A DNA stretch of 64,000 nt, taken from Neoechinorhynchus agilis (taxonomy: Eukaryota; Animalia; Acanthocephala). The DNA lies in NCBI GenBank assembly GCA_051530055.1, contig CM121343.1:5860389-5924388 (forward strand). Reading direction: 5' to 3'. This document shows, piece after piece, positions 56,996-64,000 of the stretch (the stretch's first letter is position 1; the number at the start of each line of letters is the position of its first letter). Made by a program: the position numbers and the translations under genes. The notes beneath the pieces were generated by a model. It was not told the origin of the DNA. It saw nothing but the letters and a program-made list of their open reading frames with translations, and searched no databases.

Positions 56996-58648
56996 CCGGT
57001 TAAAAATCATTTCATTATTGGGAAATATTTCGACAGAGAGGAAACCTCGCCTTGCAAACAATGATTGATAAGGCAAGGTTTCCTCTCTTTTGAAATATTT
57101 CAGAATAATAAAATGATTTCTAACCGGGCGAGTATATTCACCAAAAGTCAATATTTGATTTATTTGAGATATTTCGAAGGAGGTAACCTCGCCTCATCGA
57201 TCATTCTAAAAAATGATTGATAAGGCGAGGTTTCCTCTCTTTTGAAATATTTCAGAATAATAAAATTATTTCTAACCGGGCGAGTATATTCACCAAAAGT
57301 CAATATTTGATTTTTTTGAGATATTTCGAAGGAGGTAACCTCGCCTCATCGATCATTCTAAAAAAATGATTGATAAGGCGAGGTTTCCTCTCTTTTGAAA
57401 TATTTCAGAATAATAAAATGATTTCTAACCGGGCGAGTATATTCACCAAAAGTCAATATTTGATTTTTTTGAGATATTTCGAAGGAGGTAACCTCGCCTC
57501 ATCGATCATTCTAAAAAAATGATTGATAAGGCGAGGTTTCCTCTCTTTTGAAATATTTCAGAATAATAAAATGATTTCTAACCGGGCGAGTATATTCACC
57601 AAAAGTCAATATTTGATTTTTTTGAGATATTTCGAAGGAGGTAACCTCGCCTCATCGATCATTCTAAAAAATGATTGATAAGGCGAGGTTTCCTCTCTTT
57701 TGAAATATTTCAGAATAATAAAATGATTTCTAACCGGGCGAGTATATTCACCAAAAGTCAATATTTGATTTTTTTGAGATATTTCGAAGGAGGTAACCTC
57801 GCCTCATCGATCATTCTAAAAAATGATTGATAAGGCGAGGTTTCCTCTCTTTTGAAATATTTCAGAATAATAAAATGATTTCTAACCGGGCGAGTATATT
57901 CACCAAAAGTCAATATTTGATTTTTTTGAGATATTTCGAAGGAGGTAACCTCGCCTCATCGATCATTCTAAAAAAATGATTGATAAGGCGAGGTTTCCTC
58001 TCTTTTGAAATATTTCAGAATAATAAAATGATTTCTAACCGGGCGAGTATATTCACCAAAAGTCAATATTTGATTTATTTGAGATATTTCGAAGGAGGTA
58101 ACCTCGCCTCATCGATCATTCTAAAAAAATGATTGATAAGGCGAGGTTTCCTCTCTTTTGAAATATTTCAGAATAATAAAATGATTTCTAACCGGGCGAG
58201 TATATTCACCAAAAGTCAATATTTGATTTTTTTGAGATATTTCGAAGGAGGTAACCTTGCCTCATCGATCATTCTAAAAAAATGATTGATAAGGCGAGGT
58301 TTCCTCTCTTTTGAAATATTTCAGAATAATAAAATGATTTCTAACCGGGCGAGTATATTCACCAAAAGTCAATATTTGATTTTTTTGAGATATTTCGAAG
58401 GAGGTAACCTCGCCTCATCGATCATTCTAAAAAAATGATTGATAAGGCGAGGTTTCATCTCTTTTGAAATATTTCAGAATAATAAAATGATTTCTAACCG
58501 GGCGAGTATATTCACCAAAAGTCAATATTTGATTTTTTTGAGATATTTCGAAGGAGGTAACCTCGCCTCATCGATCATTCTAAAAAACAATGATTGATAA
58601 GGGGAGGTTTCCTCCCTTTTGAAATATTTCAGAATAATAAAATGATTT
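56996..58648. repeat. Satellite of about 10.5 copies of a 152-153 bp internally palindromic unit
   Basis: aatgattgataagg at 57060, 57212, 57365, 57518, 57670, 57822, 57975, 58128, 58281, 58434 and 58589. Confidence 0.97.
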
Positions 58649-58674
58649 AAAAATCAAAATTTACCATCCCGATG

Positions 58675-58781
58675 GATTTTCTCGATTTTGAAATTATTTC
58701 CAATAAAGAATTGTAGCATTGAAGCCGATAGATTTTCTCGATTTTGAAATTATTTCCAATAAAGAATTGTAGCATTGAAGC
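58675..58781. repeat. Two-copy tandem duplication, 56-bp period
   Basis: gattttctcgattttgaaattatttccaataaagaattgtagcattgaagc at 58675 and 58731. Confidence 0.9.
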
Positions 58782-59558
58782 GTAAAATTGGTGCCTTATT
58801 GATTTTAAAGGTGCTCGATGTGAATAGGGGAAACTTATTATTATTATTTCACGCCTCGTACAACGTACACACAACCAATCTCTTAATTCCTCTTTCTTGC
58901 TTGATCTAATATGTCTCGGCCCCAAGATGGCTGTGAGTTGTGGGACGATCTCTTAAATCCCCTGACAGCAGCATAGGGGAAACATAATGTTTTATATGCG
59001 AAATCGGTACCATATCGTGTTGATAAATATTTTTTGTATAATGCAGCCATGCCATTGTTTTAGATATTTTTGTTTAATTCTTTTTAATGTTAATCGCTTA
59101 TTTATGGCACTACAGGCTCGTATTTTCCCACAGAAGGATTTATTTTAAAGCTCAGTCACTCATTGCATCGCATGACTAAAATAACCTTTTATTTTGTAAA
59201 ATCTAGGATAAATGTTTCAAATTGTTGCAATTCACATATAAAAAGGAATCCATTATTTTATTCCTCCTTTTGCTCACCTTCACAAAGTTTTTAGAGTACA
59301 TTATTATTTTATGCAGGATCACATTCGGGTGGAAAGATATTCTTGTTGTACGGATTAAACTCTGAGAAATATTCTCTTGGAAAAATTCGACATTTCCGAA
59401 AACAATGTCTGAAGAGGTGGATTTTGTCCACGAAATATTTAGTAATAAGAATATTTCTGTCTTTTTTGTCTAATAAATGCTGACATTCAATGTTTCCGCG
59501 ATTTATGGTCGCTAATTTTTTTATATTTGTGCATTTTGTATAATGCACTTTGCCTCAT

Positions 59559-60200
59559 ATGACAGCTCCTTTGGTCTCGCTTTGCCATTAAATTTATTCG
59601 TGGCCTGTTCAATCCATGTGACATGCAGCGGCGGTGCCAAGAAGGACCCGGCACGGAATTTCATCTCTCCTCAAGCATATAAATATTTTCGTTGTTGCGG
59701 CTAAAAATTCTGCGCCAAACTACAAGGGAAAAGTTGCCCTTGGCATTCGTATTCAGGCAGGTAAAAAGGGGGAGACGGCTTCTTTGCAATGGAGCTGTTG
59801 ATGTACCGTCCAGTATTTTCCCGTCATCTCTTCTCGTAGCGACCATCTCGAGGAGAGATGAAATTCCGTGCCGGAGGGTGATTGTGCCTCACTATGGGAC
59901 AATGAGTCCTTCTTGGCACTGCCGCTGCATGCCGCTAGGATTGAGCAAGCCACTAATAAGCGTAATGCCGAAGAGAGACCAAAGGAGCTGTCATCCATTT
60001 TAGTACCAAAGGACGGGATTAGTAAATCATTAAGAAACCCACTGGACAATTTGGTTGCGATTGTAGGCAAAAATTCAAGCAGTCGAATGGCACCGCAGAT
60101 ATCACCATTCTCTAATTGTTCAGACATTATTCTGCATTTGAGTGTCTCCGTCTTTGAGGCGAATTCGAGGCAATGGAAGATAAAGATGTTTCGCCCTTTC
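59559..60200 (-). mobile_element. Degenerate CRE-type reverse transcriptase N-terminal fragment with an inverted partial duplicate
   Basis: EQLENGDICGAIRLL and ACSILAACSGSAKKD resemble CRE RT-region motifs; 59559-59672 is an inverted, deleted copy of 59850-59994. Confidence 0.55.
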
Positions 60201-60519
60201 TGACTGGAACGGTGAGCGTTCGAAATTGTAACTTCTTTTTATTAAGTTCCAACTCGAAATCGTTTTTTGAAATGCCTATTTGAGATTTTCACGCATAAAA
60301 GCGTTTTTAGAGTGTAAAAAATTCAAAATGAACACTAATTTCTGTAATTGCGAGAAAGTTATGCCTTCGATTGAGCCTATGCAGCAACTGACACCTCCAC
60401 AGAGCGAAATTACGTGCGTGGCTCATTGAAATTCACCTCCCTCGTGATTTTGATTGAATAAAGGTTCGAACCCGCGCCCCACGTCATTAACCGTAAAGTT
60501 TTTCATGCTTTAAATCGGA

Positions 60520-60993
60520 TCATTTCCTCGGCCTTCGGAAATTGTCATAGCTGATGCTACTGCAAGTAGGAGCATTTTGGCACCGACTGACATATGTAAC
60601 TCCTTTCCGCTTCAAATCGTCAATAATGTGCTGTGGAAGCGTACCGGAAATCGACAAGGCGTACTGTCCAGGGTGGCAGTGGTTCACCCTATGCATTTGA
60701 GCCAAAAAACTGCTCCTTGGAATTGTCAGGAACATAGCCCCAGTGAAATTCGAACTTGTACACACTCCGACTTTCTCTTTTGAACCACGCATGTCGAGCA
60801 CATCCTCACAGTTATCGCAACCGTCTTCGCTAAAACTAGCGCCGCTTTTCGTAAGTCCACACAGGAGACATGCCCGAAGATTACGAGGCCGTTTAGTTCG
60901 CTCCTTACGTGATATCGGGTACAACGAACCAACCGGCCCGTCGCCATGGATATTGGGCTCCCGAATGCTGTCCAGTTCACCCACTGACATCAC
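60520..60993 (-). CDS. SUPT4H1: Transcription elongation factor SPT4
   Basis: RNLRACLLCGLTKS...DGCDNCE...CTSSNFTG...PGQYALSISGTLP...LKRKGVTYVSR. Confidence 0.93.
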   Translation of the reverse strand: MMSVGELDSIREPNIHGDGPVGSLYPISRKERTKRPRNLRACLLCGLTKSGASFSEDGCDNCEDVLDMRGSKEKVGVCTSSNFTGAMFLTIPRSSFLAQMHRVNHCHPGQYALSISGTLPQHIIDDLKRKGVTYVSRCQNAPTCSSISYDNFRRPRK

Positions 60994-61783
60994 CCTTTTT
61001 TCCAGAGAAGGAGACTTTGCTACTTGATTTAGAATTCTTCCGTATCATTCATGTGATTTTTAATTGAACGATTTGTGTCCGTCTAATAAATCTGATTCAG
61101 AAATCGTAAGTCGCGTGCTCTAACTTCGTCCACGTTTGCAAATGTAAATTCTTGATCTTCTCCTTCAAATCTGTCTCCTGAACTATGAGGCCGAACGCGC
61201 TGGTCCGAAAGTCTGTACATTCCTACGGATTCTGGGTTCAATCCGCAGTCAAAATGAGGATTTTTAATGTCGCCTTTTTGCAAAAACCTTTGATCCAGTG
61301 TCCGCTTACTGATTGTTCCACTTCGATTTTTCAATAGCTTTTTTTGTACAACAATAGCGAGCCGCGTGCGTCTCACTTTTTAGAGGGCCCAAATCTGCGA
61401 AGTTATGAATAATAATCAAATTTTATCAATAAGGTGCTACCAAGTTGTGATTTTCAGCGCTTTTTAAGGCACAGACTGATTTTTAACTATTAATTGTCAT
61501 TTTGAACCTGTTAAAACATACATTGTGATCGCTATTCAAACAGTTTGCCATTGAGACTATTGGTACCATTTTTTAACCAATGTTCGAAGATGGCTGGTCG
61601 CAATAACAACACTATATTTTTTGATGTTGTGAAAAAAGTAGTTCATTTATTTGTTCTTTGGTGAGATGAGAAAAATAGAGACTGTTTTATCGATCTCAAT
61701 ATTTCGTCCCATCGGACTTCTTCGGGTTGTTTAAGTGTCTTTTTCGCGCTTGAACGATGTGTCTGGCCTAACTTTTATTCAGT

Positions 61784-62235
61784 ATCGATGCGTGGCCCTT
61801 TTTTACGGCTGATAATTTTATTGGTTGGCCACACAGCCAATCCGATTCATTGGTCGGGAGGAAAGCGCATAAAATCACACTTAATACTGTCCTCCTGCTG
61901 TTGCTGAAGGACCATAGGACGCGGTAATGAGTTTTGTAAGAATCCGTCCGGATTCTCGGATACCTCCTCCAGGGAGGCGATAACCATCAGTGAGTTTCCT
62001 CCTCCCTTTCGACGGTATTTCGTCCTCTTTAGTTGAGAGGAAACTCACGGAGGTATCTGAGAATCCGGACGGATTCTTACAAAACTCATTACCGTGTCCT
62101 ATGGTTCTTCATCATCAGCAGGAGGACAGTATTAAGTGTGATTTTATACGCGCTTCGCTCCTGATCTAAGAGATCGGATTCAATGTGTGGCCAACCAATA
62201 AAATATTCAGCCGTAAAAAAAGGCCACACATAGAT
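61784..62235. mobile_element. ~450-bp foldback/MITE element with long inverted arms
   Basis: Arms include gtggccc..ttttacggctg..ttttattggttggccacac, gcgcataaaatcacacttaatactgtcctcctgctg and gtaatgagttttgtaagaatccgtccggattctcggatacctcc, each with a reverse complement on the right. Confidence 0.9.
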
Positions 62236-62445
62236 CCAAAACTATATTTATCTGGAAATCAGCGATTCAGAAATGAGTTTGTAACGTTGGAGCTGCAAAA
62301 CGTAATGTACACAAATGAATCGCTGCGTGTATTTATAGTCCATTCCGAGCAAGTGAGTCGAGTTTTGGCTTACAATACAGAAATGTGGCGATTAAAGGAA
62401 TTTAATATAAAAATTACACGAACTTCTTTATTCCGCCGTGATCAC

Positions 62446-63471
62446 TTATGCGCCAAACTGCAATTGGTTTGTCTTTTTCCTCTCCTCAGTTCGAGACGAG
62501 TAGCAGTCTGATGGAGGGAGGGAATGAACACTCTTGGTTGCGTGGGGTGCTTCTTCGAATGCCAATTGAGTATAAACGGGTTCCATTGGAAGATGGTGAT
62601 GATGATGACTACCTTCATATTCCGGTCGTACGTAGATATTTTGGAGGTGGTCTCGTTTCGTTTCGTTTCGCTGCTCCCTTTTTTTCCGCCGATTTCTATT
62701 GATAAGAAAGGACAATCCCACGATTAGTCCGATGAATACGGCTAAGCCTATCGCAAAAATAAGAAAAGGGTCTCAGCATAGCCGAGTGTTTCTTACCCAC
62801 ATGGAGCAGCGGAGAGGTGAGTGCGCTTGTCAACGAACTAGTGAGCGTCGAAAAGTTGCCTATGGGACATAAAATGCGGCGTTTTTAAGGACTCTTACTG
62901 ACCAGTTGTGTACAATCTTTGACAGGCAGCTCTGTCCTCTATTCCATTACATGGCACATAGCCGATTACAGCACATGAGAGCGAGCACCTTATCACGTTA
63001 TTCTCGGCACAGTAATACTTGTTATCGATGCATCTGCCTGATTTGAAATTTCTTTTATTTTCACGCGAAATCAGAGACACTCACCACAAAGTACAGTTTC
63101 GTCAGTTCCAGTTGAGCAATCGACTATTCCATCGCAGAGGCTCTTCAGGTTCACTCGATTTCCATCGCCACACTCAAAATGGCCCTTGTACCGTATCTAG
63201 GCAACAACAACATCGACGACGACGGGAATAAGGTCGGCGAGGAGGCGCTTACAGCGATGGAATCACTCATTGTGCTTGCGGATACATCTGAAACGATTCT
63301 CCCTGGTGAGTCGAATGTTCTTGTCTCAAGTGTAGGGCATTTAGTTCAGATTTGTTCTCATTTTATATTCATACTCGTTCTATTCTCTTGACTACTCATA
63401 TCGAGTGCCACCACCACCACCACCACCACCAGTAGCAGTAGCAGGAGCAGCGATGCTTGGCACAAATGCAT
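62446..63471 (-). CDS. Small type I membrane protein with an LDL-receptor class A module
   Basis: Signal-like MHLCQASLLLLLLLVVVVVVA; LDLa GHFECGDGNRVNLKSLCDGIVDCSTGTDE; a Cys-rich exon; TM GLAVFIGLIVGLSFLI followed by a basic stop-transfer NRNRRKKR. Confidence 0.7.
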
Positions 63472-64000
63472 TTACCATGTTTTTGAATATATTACAATAA
63501 AGCAACCGAGCCGTCCCAGACTACGACTGTTCTGCCAACCATTCTTGTGCATCTCGGTGGCATGAGAACAAGTGTGAATACAGCGAGAATGAAGCGAGCG
63601 CAACTAATCGACTTGTCCCACGGCGCTGCAAAGACGGTAATTTAAACGGGGTTTTAATAAACTATCACGGTATTAGATGCCTTATTGGATTTACCGGATA
63701 TTAGACACATGCTGCACCCATGTTCCCACAAACGATCAAATACTACGAGTCAACTAAAACAAACGACAACTAAGATCCATTCGCTCTAATGAAAGATTTC
63801 CCTAAGCTTTTCTTTTTAATTTCTCCTCTTAAACTACATAATACCGACCAATTTATGAACTTGGTTCAATATTTCGGCACAACATTGTGCCTTCTTTAAC
63901 GTTGTTTCGCTACTTTGTTTTTTGCTTCTTTTCTATGAATATTCCAGCCAATCACGGAGCTCGACTATTCTTGTAAAATCAATTTTCAAAATATTGAGCC

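Noticed and set aside
60415-60482. tRNA-like A box (tggctcattga) and B box (ggttcgaacc)
   Set aside because: T-stem and acceptor stem do not pair and no anticodon arm is evident; at most a decayed tRNA/SINE.

Overview
AT-rich, gene-dense eukaryotic DNA from an animal with a compact genome: TCF/LEF with a C-clamp, Nck, Tollip, macoilin and tomosyn are present, and most introns are short (about 23-65 nt) GT-AG introns. The species cannot be named from the sequence. Thirteen genes are recognisable once exons are joined by homology: LIPT1, PHKA, TOLLIP, RBM5/10, CLIP3/4-like, NCK, TCF, CAAP1, SKI2/SKIV2L, MACO1, STXBP5, GTF2A1 and SUPT4H1. There is also an LDLa membrane protein and an intact but catalytically dead IS630/Tc1-type transposase-derived ORF. 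Repeats include four tandem arrays, a perfect (AAT)134 tract, seven unrelated palindromic MITE-like elements and several CRE-type non-LTR retrotransposon fragments. No rRNA, convincing tRNA or CRISPR array was seen. The main signal is a set of intervening sequences in conserved genes (LIPT1, PHKA twice, RBM5/10, NCK) whose two ends base-pair. In LIPT1 and NCK no GT-AG pair restores the conserved protein, whereas removal between short TA-containing direct repeats does. In both PHKA cases the stem starts at a GT and ends exactly 8 nt before an AG. This points to a candidate class of structure-guided non-canonical introns, introner-like elements or DNA-excised segments. Disrupted alleles or assembly errors are not excluded without RNA data. 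All exon joins were derived by eye, and reference protein comparisons are from recalled family motifs, not from a database search.
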